Part shown: positions 56,609 to 64,000 of the stretch, piece after piece
Layout of the letters: each line of letters starts with the position of its first letter
Position numbering within the stretch: position 1 is the first letter of the stretch
NCBI GenBank assembly: GCA_964433675.1
Contig: CAYSSJ010000003.1
Span: forward strand, 38,046 to 102,045
From: an uncultured Candidatus Cloacimonadota bacterium
GTDB taxonomy: Bacteria > Cloacimonadota > Cloacimonadia > Cloacimonadales > TCS61
Direction of reading: 5' to 3'
Length of the DNA: 64,000 nt
Made by a program: the position numbers and the translations under genes
The notes under the pieces: model-generated
The model's database searches: none
What the model saw: only the letters and a program-made list of their open reading frames with translations
Told to the model about the DNA's origin: nothing

Positions 56609-58489
56609 ATGATCGGTGATGATTTGTATAAAAAGTTAAACACAATCACGATAATCTTTTTTTGGGTGATATTGGCAATAACTATGATAAATCTGGGGAT
56701 TTTTGCTCATAATGATCTTTTTAGACGCGAACTTCCATTCCAGCTTAAGGATGGCAGAGCTACAGAATTTCATTCAGCCGAATTAGAAGAGAAACTTGCC
56801 GGTGCCGATATCCTACGGATAGATACCCTTATGGTACTAACCAAGTCTGTACCCAGAGTTATGGACTTGGAGTTGAACCTTGGCAGTATTCTCACTCTGA
56901 GACATACAGATGCAGAAAGCGCTCTTCCCAAAACCTTGCAGGAAAATATACGGGAGCATATTGCAGACAAAGAGGAAGTAAAACTCTACATCAGAGCAGA
57001 AGGCGAGACTGAGATCAGTGAAACTCTCGTACAAACAGTTTCTAAGATAGATTATTCCGTCTTGGTCTCGATTTTTTTCAGTCTGGTGTTTTACTTTCTA
57101 ATCCTTTTCAGCGCATATTTGCTTATTCATCATAGTGAGGCGAAAGAAAATGTGCTGATCGTGTTCTTTTTACTGATACTGGCTATCCCTGAGCAATTGA
57201 ATTTTTTCCCCCAGTTAAGCTATTTTACCATCTTCTGTTCAGCTTTTTTGGGACTATTATTTTATCATTTCATCTGTCTGAAGATTAAAAAGGGCAATCC
57301 CTTCCCATTTTTGTATATAGTTTCTTTGTTATTAGGATTAGCGGTCATCATACTCGATCTTCTATTAGCATGGCAACTGCAATTTGTCCTCTACATTTGG
57401 TCAGTTATCTTGTTTGTCTTAGCATTTATCAAACTAACCAGATTTTACAAACAAAACAGAATACCGGAACTACGCCGCTTGATCAATGCCTTTGGAGGGC
57501 TATTTTATGGTTTGATCGCTTTGGCAGTTATCGCATTACTTGCCATATTGTTGGTTAGCATCAATTCATTATTGCCCAATACCGCTTGGTTGATCACTAT
57601 TAATGTGGTACTTGCCCTTTTGATAGTATTGTTATTACTTGGATTCCTGTTTGGATTCGTCTGGTTTCTAGGTGCATTTACCTGGAGTCTATTAAGTGGA
57701 ACGGTTTTGGATGTTAAGATTAGAAGCACATTGATCTACTCGATCGTTGGTGTGCTATTGATAACTATTTTCGGTTTAATCGATTACACTTTGGGAGAGC
57801 TGATCCAAGATTATTTCGGTCAATTTATAGGCTCCAAATTCATGGCAGGTATTCCAGCAGCTATAGGTTTGTTGGTGGTCTTTAATCCTCTACGAGAGCG
57901 AGTGGAAAGAGTGGTGGATAAGAAACTGAATGCCAACGAACTCGATTTTCTCCAAATAACCGAAAGCTTGGCTGAGAAGTTATCAAGCGACGAGATGATA
58001 GAAGGATTCGAAGAATATCTTTGCACCACTCTGTATCTAAAACTGGATATTAGCAAAATAGCGATCATCAAATATGACAGAGCTGCAGATAGATATCGCT
58101 TTCGGGACATACGCGGATCGGAACTTCCCAAAAATGCTATTGTCAGCGACAGCAAAGGAGTGTTGTCTCAAAACAAAATTTATAGAAAATATGGTGAAAA
58201 AGCAGCAGCGGAAGATGATATCGCCAGCTTTGCTCTGGTTATTCCTGTTGTATATGATGCTGAAATGAAAGTTTTCCTCGCACTCGGTAAGAAAAATGAT
58301 AACTCTGCTTATACAAAAAGAGATGAGGAAGCACTAATGAAGCTTACCGATAAGGTAAAATTGGCTTTGCAATTTATAGTGTCTTATGAAAAAGTGATCC
58401 ATGCAAAATATGAGAAACAGCTCAAAGCCAAACAAGAACTCATAGAAAAATATAGAGATCAATTACACGCGATAAAGAACCAAATTTGA
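56609..58489 (+). CDS. Multi-pass membrane protein with C-terminal GAF-like domain and coiled coil
   Basis: N-terminal TM, extracytoplasmic region, ~9 further hydrophobic helices; FNPLRERVERVVDK linker; LVIPV...FLALGKK...YTKRD..AL GAF-like end. Confidence 0.65.
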   Translation: MIGDDLYKKLNTITIIFFWVILAITMINLGIFAHNDLFRRELPFQLKDGRATEFHSAELEEKLAGADILRIDTLMVLTKSVPRVMDLELNLGSILTLRHTDAESALPKTLQENIREHIADKEEVKLYIRAEGETEISETLVQTVSKIDYSVLVSIFFSLVFYFLILFSAYLLIHHSEAKENVLIVFFLLILAIPEQLNFFPQLSYFTIFCSAFLGLLFYHFICLKIKKGNPFPFLYIVSLLLGLAVIILDLLLAWQLQFVLYIWSVILFVLAFIKLTRFYKQNRIPELRRLINAFGGLFYGLIALAVIALLAILLVSINSLLPNTAWLITINVVLALLIVLLLLGFLFGFVWFLGAFTWSLLSGTVLDVKIRSTLIYSIVGVLLITIFGLIDYTLGELIQDYFGQFIGSKFMAGIPAAIGLLVVFNPLRERVERVVDKKLNANELDFLQITESLAEKLSSDEMIEGFEEYLCTTLYLKLDISKIAIIKYDRAADRYRFRDIRGSELPKNAIVSDSKGVLSQNKIYRKYGEKAAAEDDIASFALVIPVVYDAEMKVFLALGKKNDNSAYTKRDEEALMKLTDKVKLALQFIVSYEKVIHAKYEKQLKAKQELIEKYRDQLHAIKNQI

Positions 58490-58507
58490 TCTCAATCCCA
58501 CTTATTA

Positions 58508-59569
58508 TTAGCTGAATTTGCGCATAAATTCGTCTAATTCGTGCAAGAACAATTTTGTCTCCTCATCGCTTCCTATGCTGATTCGCAAGTAATTCTTTAG
58601 AAGTGGATGAGCACCGATTGCTCTTAGTGCTATATCTTTAGAATTCAGATATGCAAAAAATTTGTCACTCAAATCACCTATAGTGAAGGGGAGAAAATTG
58701 GTTGCCGTATTGTGTACTCCTATTTGTGGGTAATCAGATAAATGTGCATAAAGGTTGTCTCGGAGTCGGATAGATTCGCTCACCTTTTGTTGGAAAATTT
58801 CTGTGTTGTCCAAAAAAACAGTAATGATTGCTTGAGTGACCAGACTCAGATTGAAAGCGGTCATTACTTTCTTTAGCTCTGCTGATGTTTTTTCGTTTGC
58901 CAATGTATATCCAAACCGTAGTCCGGCTGCGGAGAATGATTTGGAAAAGGAACGGATAATAATGAGGTTGGGATGTTTGTCTAATCTATCGGCAAATGTA
59001 ACCTGAGAGAATTCGTAATAAGTTTCGTCCAATATTATCGGTTTGGAACAATTCTTTATGATATATTCGAGTTTATCAGAATTGAAAAGATTACCGGTCG
59101 GATTGTTGGGATTGCATAATATGGTGATTTTGCAGTGCTTATCTTGCGTAGCTTTGAGATATGTATCCGCATCAAAATCAAAGTTCTCATCCAAATCTAT
59201 GAATCTGCAGTTCAGTCCTACAGCGGAAGAATAGCTTTTGTAGTCAAAATAGGATGGTGCCGGCGATAGAGCAAAATCAGCGGGTAGTTCGCGGGCAGCT
59301 ACGAAACAATAGTACAACATCTCATCAGCCCCGTTACCGCATAGCAACTGATCTGTCTTAACACCGGCATAGGCAGATAGTTTGGCTTTCAGTTCGCGGG
59401 TCACATTATTAAAATAGCGATTCATAGGTACTTGCTCTAGTTTTTGACAGATTTCATCTTTTAGCAATTCATAAGGATTGAATGAACTTTCGTTCAAACA
59501 GAGCATAACTCTTTTATGTGGAACAGTTACAGAAACCGGCTTCTTTTTTTGCAGATCTTTTCTAAACAT
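58508..59569 (-). CDS. hisC: Histidinol-phosphate aminotransferase-family PLP enzyme
   Basis: L.LNES, NRY, GNGADE, CNPNNPTG, DETY.EF, RSFSK..AAGLRFGY, LRISIG. Confidence 0.8.
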   Translation of the reverse strand: MFRKDLQKKKPVSVTVPHKRVMLCLNESSFNPYELLKDEICQKLEQVPMNRYFNNVTRELKAKLSAYAGVKTDQLLCGNGADEMLYYCFVAARELPADFALSPAPSYFDYKSYSSAVGLNCRFIDLDENFDFDADTYLKATQDKHCKITILCNPNNPTGNLFNSDKLEYIIKNCSKPIILDETYYEFSQVTFADRLDKHPNLIIIRSFSKSFSAAGLRFGYTLANEKTSAELKKVMTAFNLSLVTQAIITVFLDNTEIFQQKVSESIRLRDNLYAHLSDYPQIGVHNTATNFLPFTIGDLSDKFFAYLNSKDIALRAIGAHPLLKNYLRISIGSDEETKLFLHELDEFMRKFS

Positions 59570-59822
59570 CACCATCTCCTATTTTTGTCTAAACAATCAT
59601 GATTGAACTAGGTTTTTGTCAAGCGTCAAAACAGCAGTTTGGAATTGTGTTATGCGAAGGAGATATACGTTCTGCTGGATAAAAAAGAGTTGTCCCATAG
59701 GTGCTAAACCTCTCATAAATTATTGCGATAGAAGGCATTATAATGAGCTTCAAATATGCGAAGAGATAAATTGATTGACTTTATGTCCACTACTTATGAA
59801 ATATGCAGAAGGAGGATTAGTT

Positions 59823-60515
59823 ATGAATTATAGATTATTATTGTTCGATCTCGATGGCACCTTGTTCGACTATAAAAAAGCGCAGGAACATGCTTTTGGG
59901 AACACCTTTACGTCGATAGTAAAAAAAGAGGATGAACTGAAAACATTACATAAACTCTATCAGGAGATAAACGATCAGGTGTGGGATGAATTTCAGGCTG
60001 ATAAATTGACTGCCGACCAGCTCAGAGTAGAACGATTCATCAGATTGTTGGAGCAGTCTCAGATCGAATTTGATCCGATCAAAGTGAGCAAAACATACAC
60101 CGATAACCTATCTCGATGCAGTTTTTTGCTGGACGGTGCTTTAGAATTAGTATCCGAACTTGCCGATAAATTCAAATTAGCTCTGATCACCAACGGTCTC
60201 TCTGACGTCCAAAGAAGCAGGATAGCCAATTCGGAACTCGACAAATATTTCAAACATGTCTTTATTTCCGAAGAGATAGGATCTCCCAAGCCAAATCCCG
60301 ACATATTCGATTATGCTTTGAGCAAAGTGGGGAGTATAGAAAAAAAGGAAACGATAGTTATTGGCGATAGTATTAGTTCCGATATCTTAGGTGGGAATAA
60401 TTTCGGGATCGATACTTGTTGGTTCAATCCGGAGAATCTACCCCAGCCCGCTGATGTAATGCCGACTTACACCGCAAAAAGCTATGAAGAGCTGAAAGCT
60501 ATGCTAAATGTCTGA
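59823..60515 (+). CDS. HAD hydrolase, YjjG-like pyrimidine nucleotidase
   Basis: FDLDGTLFDY, ITNG..VQ, FISEEIG.PKP, IGDSISSDILG..FGIDTCWFNP. Start ATG 59823 after AGGAGG. Confidence 0.9.
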   Translation: MNYRLLLFDLDGTLFDYKKAQEHAFGNTFTSIVKKEDELKTLHKLYQEINDQVWDEFQADKLTADQLRVERFIRLLEQSQIEFDPIKVSKTYTDNLSRCSFLLDGALELVSELADKFKLALITNGLSDVQRSRIANSELDKYFKHVFISEEIGSPKPNPDIFDYALSKVGSIEKKETIVIGDSISSDILGGNNFGIDTCWFNPENLPQPADVMPTYTAKSYEELKAMLNV

Positions 60516-60527
60516 TATGGGGTTTTC

Positions 60528-61202
60528 ATGTCTGCAATAAAAGCGGTAATATTCGATCTTGATGGCACATTGATAGATTCGATGGGGGTTTGGCTTAGTG
60601 TCGATAAAGAATTTTTGACCAAGAGGGATATCCCTGTTCCCGAAGACCTTTTTGAGGATATCGAAGGTGGGAATAGTTTCGTGGAAGTAGCCCAGTATTT
60701 CAAGAAAAAATTTCGCTTGAAAGAATCACTGATAGAGATAATGGATGAATGGACAGAGATGGTGTTTGAACATTATGCTAATAGTGTGAAGATAAAACCA
60801 TTCGTGCTCGAATTTCTAAAGTTATTAAAAAAAAGCAACATTCGTATCGGTATTGGCACTAGTAATTCTAAAATGCTGGCTGAGACGGTTTTGAAAGCAA
60901 ACAAAGTGTATGATTATTTTGACGCTATCGTAGACGGATATAGTGAAGTTAGAGGTAAACCGTATCCGGATATATTTCTGAAAGTTGCCGGTTTGCTCAG
61001 TATCCCAAACGATGAATGTCTAGTAGTGGAAGATGTCTTGGTCGGTGTGCAAGCTGCCAAGAATGCCGACATGAAAGTTTTTGCTATCAGAGACGAACAT
61101 AACAAAAAAGAATGGGACAGCATTAGAGATACTGCAGATTTTGCTGCCCAAGATTTTTATGAATTAAAAAAAGAATTTGATAGGAGGTATATCAAACCAT
61201 GA
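60528..61202 (+). CDS. HAD-family phosphatase (subfamily IA)
   Basis: FDLDGTLIDS, GTSN, GKPYPDIF, VVED...GV.AA..A.M. Confidence 0.9.
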   Translation: MSAIKAVIFDLDGTLIDSMGVWLSVDKEFLTKRDIPVPEDLFEDIEGGNSFVEVAQYFKKKFRLKESLIEIMDEWTEMVFEHYANSVKIKPFVLEFLKLLKKSNIRIGIGTSNSKMLAETVLKANKVYDYFDAIVDGYSEVRGKPYPDIFLKVAGLLSIPNDECLVVEDVLVGVQAAKNADMKVFAIRDEHNKKEWDSIRDTADFAAQDFYELKKEFDRRYIKP

Positions 61203-61417
61203 GCCTGTTCAAAAAAAAGAAACCAGATGTTCTTATAGTGGAAGGGATGACCTGTAATCATTGTGCCATGAATGTGCAAAAAGCAATCAAAAGTGTAGAA
61301 GGTGTAAAAAATGCCACAGTAGATCTGAAAACCAAAAAAGCATTCGTTTGGGGAAACTATGCGAAAGATAAACTCAAAAAAGCTGTGGAGGATAGTGGCT
61401 ACAAAGTAGTTGATTAG
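61199..61417 (+). CDS. Heavy-metal-associated (CopZ-like) protein
   Basis: VEGMTCNHC (GMxCxxC), V.GV..A.VDL, GY; ATGA-coupled to the HAD gene. Confidence 0.9.
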   Translation: MSLFKKKKPDVLIVEGMTCNHCAMNVQKAIKSVEGVKNATVDLKTKKAFVWGNYAKDKLKKAVEDSGYKVVD

Positions 61418-61579
61418 TCAAAGTGCTATAGATAATATCAGTCGAAATCGGGGTGGGACGGTATAAGTTAAAAACAGTTGTTGCCACTCTCCCATAGTTA
61501 TAGACAAGTATTAATCGTATTGTTAATACTGCAATGTAGTAATTATATAATAAGCAGACAGAAAAGTTATACTTTTCTA

Positions 61580-61608
61580 TTGACAAGTAAGCTTGCAGAT
61601 ATTAATTT
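61580..61608 (+). promoter_or_regulatory. Probable sigma70 promoter of the GLUG surface-protein gene
   Basis: TTGACA (61580-61585), 17 nt, TAATTT. Confidence 0.5.
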
Positions 61609-61691
61609 TACTCCCATATCGTGGCAACACGAAAATGTGAGTAGTGGGAAGAAAATCCCACAATAAGTTGTTGAAAAAGAGGGGGGAGAAG

Positions 61692-63950
61692 ATGAAAACG
61701 AGATTATTATTGATAATTGCTATCACTTTATTGTTTGTATTGAACTTAGAAGCACAATTTGCCGGCGGTAGCGGTACAGCCGATGATCCTTGGCAGATTT
61801 CCACACCTGATCATCTTGATGAGGTGAGAAACTATTTGGGCGATGTAAATAGTGATAAGCATTTTATATTGATTAACAATATCGATCTGGATACTCCACC
61901 ATATAATAGTGGTGAAGGTTGGCTACCTATGGGCGTTGCTACAAATCAATTCACTGGCAGTTTCGATGGTGATGATTATAGTATTGAGAATTTGTTTATA
62001 GATCGAGATGGCAGTTGGTATCAGGGGCTATTCGGTTATGTAAGTACGGTTGCTTCTATTTCAAATTTGTCTTTAGTTAATGTAGACGTTACCGGTTATA
62101 GTAGTGTTGGTGGATTGGTAGGAGAAAACAAAGGCAGTCTTACAAATTGTAGTGTAGAAGGCGATATTAGCTCTACTTCACAAAATGTCGGCGGAATAGC
62201 AGGAAGGAGTGATGGAACGATCGATAGTTGCCATTCAGAAGGTACAGTTACAACCATAGATAGCAATAATGCCGGTGGCTTGGTCGGTCGGAATAATAAT
62301 GTTATCATAAATAGCTCTTCAAACAGTGATGTATTTGGCTATGGTAATAATAGTTACGGTGGCTTGGTTGGCTGGAACCAAGGCAATATTGAAAATTCTC
62401 ATGCTAGCGGCGATGTAGACGGACTAATCTATACCGGTGGTTTGATCGGCAGGAATTATGATGGTATTGTTATAAATTGCTATGCTACCGGAGATGTGAT
62501 CAGTACCGAATATGGAGTCGGTGGTTTAGTGGGAAAAAACGGCGGTTTGCCGGCAATGCACGAACCGATAGTAACAAGCTGTTATGCTAGCGGAGATGTA
62601 GAAGGACTTGCTGCTGTTGGCGGTTTGGTCGGAGATAACGCAGGGTTTATAGATAATTCATATGCTACCGGAAGTGTATGGGGAAGTAATACAGTTTCAT
62701 TCATAAGTGGTGTTGGTGGTTTAGTCGGAATTATGAGTGGATTTATATCCCAAGATGCGGAGCTTGAATTCTCTTATTCTATCGGTCATGTTAGTGGCAA
62801 TCAGCCGCTCGGGGGATTGGTAGGAGTAGTTAACTACGGTATCGTTACATATAGTTATTGGGATGTTGAAACTTCAGCACAGGCAACCAGTGCCGCTGGT
62901 AATGGATTGACGACTTTCGAGATGCTGCAGGAAGATACTTATTTTATGTGGGATTTCGTGGATATATGGCAGATAATCGAAGGTGGAAGCTATCCTTATC
63001 TGATCAATAATCCGCAAGATCCACCTCCGATGCCACCGGATACACCTTTCATCATAGTCTCTCCCGAATCTTTCGATATCACGATAGATCCTAATGAAAT
63101 CATAGAAGAGATTATGACGATAGAAAACCCGGGCACAGGCGAGCTTACATTTGATATTTATATAGGTGAGATACCGGAGAGAGGTTTGCAGAATCGTGTC
63201 CGTACTCGAGAGGAATGGCTCTCTATCTCTCCCACAAGTGGCACATTGAATCCCGGTGATAGTGTGGAGCTAGATGTACTGTTCGATGCAACCGGACTGG
63301 TCCCGGGCGATATTTATGAAACTGATATTTATATTGTCAATAATGCAGCAAGTACGATCGAAATTCCTGTCAGTTTGGAAGTAAATCTGCCCGATTTGCC
63401 TGCACCGACGAATTTGGAGGTTGATGAATATACCGCAGAATTTACTTGGGATGAACCGGAATACGAACCACCATTGGAGTTAAATGGCTATTCGGTGTAC
63501 TTAGACGAGGGATTAGTCGAATTTGTCGAAGAACTGCATTATATATTTGAAGATTTGACCCATGGAGAGATTTATGTGGCAGGAGTAGCGGCAGAGTATA
63601 ATCTGGGTGAATCGGAGATAGCGACTTATGAATTCACCTACACAGGTGTAGATGCAGATAGTCCGATAATCAATGTCACTAAACTCGGCAGAAACTATCC
63701 CAATCCATTCAATCCTGAGACTACAATATCATTTTCTCTGCAGAAAGAAACAGATGTGCTCATCGAAATCTTCAATATAAGAGGAGAAAAAGTCCGCAGG
63801 TTGGTTGATGGCAGATATCCTCCTGCCGATCATACCGTTAGCTGGAATGGTACAGATGATAAGGGAAAGCAAGCGGGAAGCGGTGTGTTTTTCTACCGAA
63901 TGATCGCAGGTGATATAATCAGCACGAGGAAAATGTTGTTATTGAAATAA
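61692..63950 (+). CDS. Secreted GLUG-repeat surface protein with Ig/FN3-like domains and C-terminal FlgD-Ig sorting domain
   Basis: Signal peptide; FAGGSGT.DDPWQI; nine xGG(L/I)xG repeats; Pro linker; WLSISPTSG Ig domain; CTD L..NYPNPFNPETTISF..IFNIRGEKV..WNGTD..G...SGVFFY..KMLLLK. Start ATG 61692. Confidence 0.88.
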   Translation: MKTRLLLIIAITLLFVLNLEAQFAGGSGTADDPWQISTPDHLDEVRNYLGDVNSDKHFILINNIDLDTPPYNSGEGWLPMGVATNQFTGSFDGDDYSIENLFIDRDGSWYQGLFGYVSTVASISNLSLVNVDVTGYSSVGGLVGENKGSLTNCSVEGDISSTSQNVGGIAGRSDGTIDSCHSEGTVTTIDSNNAGGLVGRNNNVIINSSSNSDVFGYGNNSYGGLVGWNQGNIENSHASGDVDGLIYTGGLIGRNYDGIVINCYATGDVISTEYGVGGLVGKNGGLPAMHEPIVTSCYASGDVEGLAAVGGLVGDNAGFIDNSYATGSVWGSNTVSFISGVGGLVGIMSGFISQDAELEFSYSIGHVSGNQPLGGLVGVVNYGIVTYSYWDVETSAQATSAAGNGLTTFEMLQEDTYFMWDFVDIWQIIEGGSYPYLINNPQDPPPMPPDTPFIIVSPESFDITIDPNEIIEEIMTIENPGTGELTFDIYIGEIPERGLQNRVRTREEWLSISPTSGTLNPGDSVELDVLFDATGLVPGDIYETDIYIVNNAASTIEIPVSLEVNLPDLPAPTNLEVDEYTAEFTWDEPEYEPPLELNGYSVYLDEGLVEFVEELHYIFEDLTHGEIYVAGVAAEYNLGESEIATYEFTYTGVDADSPIINVTKLGRNYPNPFNPETTISFSLQKETDVLIEIFNIRGEKVRRLVDGRYPPADHTVSWNGTDDKGKQAGSGVFFYRMIAGDIISTRKMLLLK

Positions 63951-63964
63951 ATCCGCATGAACAT

Positions 63965-63998
63965 AAATCCCACAAGCATGAAAACTTGTGGGATTTTT
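63965..63998 (+). terminator. Intrinsic terminator after the GLUG gene
   Basis: AAATCCCACAAG-catgaaaa-CTTGTGGGATTT (12-bp stem) running into TTTTT. Confidence 0.8.
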
Positions 63999-64000
63999 AT

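Noticed and set aside
59690..59760. Cobalamin riboswitch (AGGTGC start)
   Set aside because: No AGGGAA, CCCGC/ACTGT or B12-box elements follow.
61609..61665. c-di-GMP (GEMM) riboswitch in the GLUG leader
   Set aside because: GGCAAC..GAAA resemblance only; the GCAAAG junction and second stem with tetraloop receptor are absent. A cmscan would settle it.

Overview
A gene-dense, mostly housekeeping bacterial chromosome segment from a diderm (kdsB, Omp85, PorV-like barrels), probably anaerobic organism. The gene content (Rnf in CDGEAB order, spoVG, archaeal-type ProRS, PorU/PorV-like genes, proteins ending in an NYPNP(F)/FlgD-Ig sorting domain) suggests the FCB superphylum, most plausibly Cloacimonadota; this is inference. 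Main blocks: (1) minus-strand wecA-like/RNase Z-like/uvrD/porV-like/dxr/comEC; (2) smpB followed by a three-gene signalling module (periplasmic binding domain-4xPAS-HisKA_2 kinase, a globin-like + CarH-type B12-binding protein, a second kinase; no response regulator); (3) a ~23 kb co-oriented minus-strand run from proS through porU-porV-lipoprotein-SLBB-wzc, ispE-spoVG-prs-rplY-pth-rpsF-ssb-rpsR-rplI and rpe-ffh-rpsP-khpA-rimM-trmD-rplS; (4) mnmG-kdsB; (5) rnfCDGEAB; (6) amidase-rpsT-ftsY and ispG-Omp85-ppx-aroF; (7) a small accessory scar holding a Fic C-terminal remnant, a five-unit ~40-bp palindrome array and a membrane GAF-like sensor with no output domain; (8) hisC-like, two HADs, an HMA protein and a GLUG-repeat surface protein. 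No rRNA, tRNA, CRISPR or intact mobile element was seen. The best leads are the B12/bilin-type sensor-kinase module, the PorU/PorV + polysaccharide-export cluster, and the Fic-associated palindrome array. Several starts were moved from the ORF track using RBS position and family N-termini.
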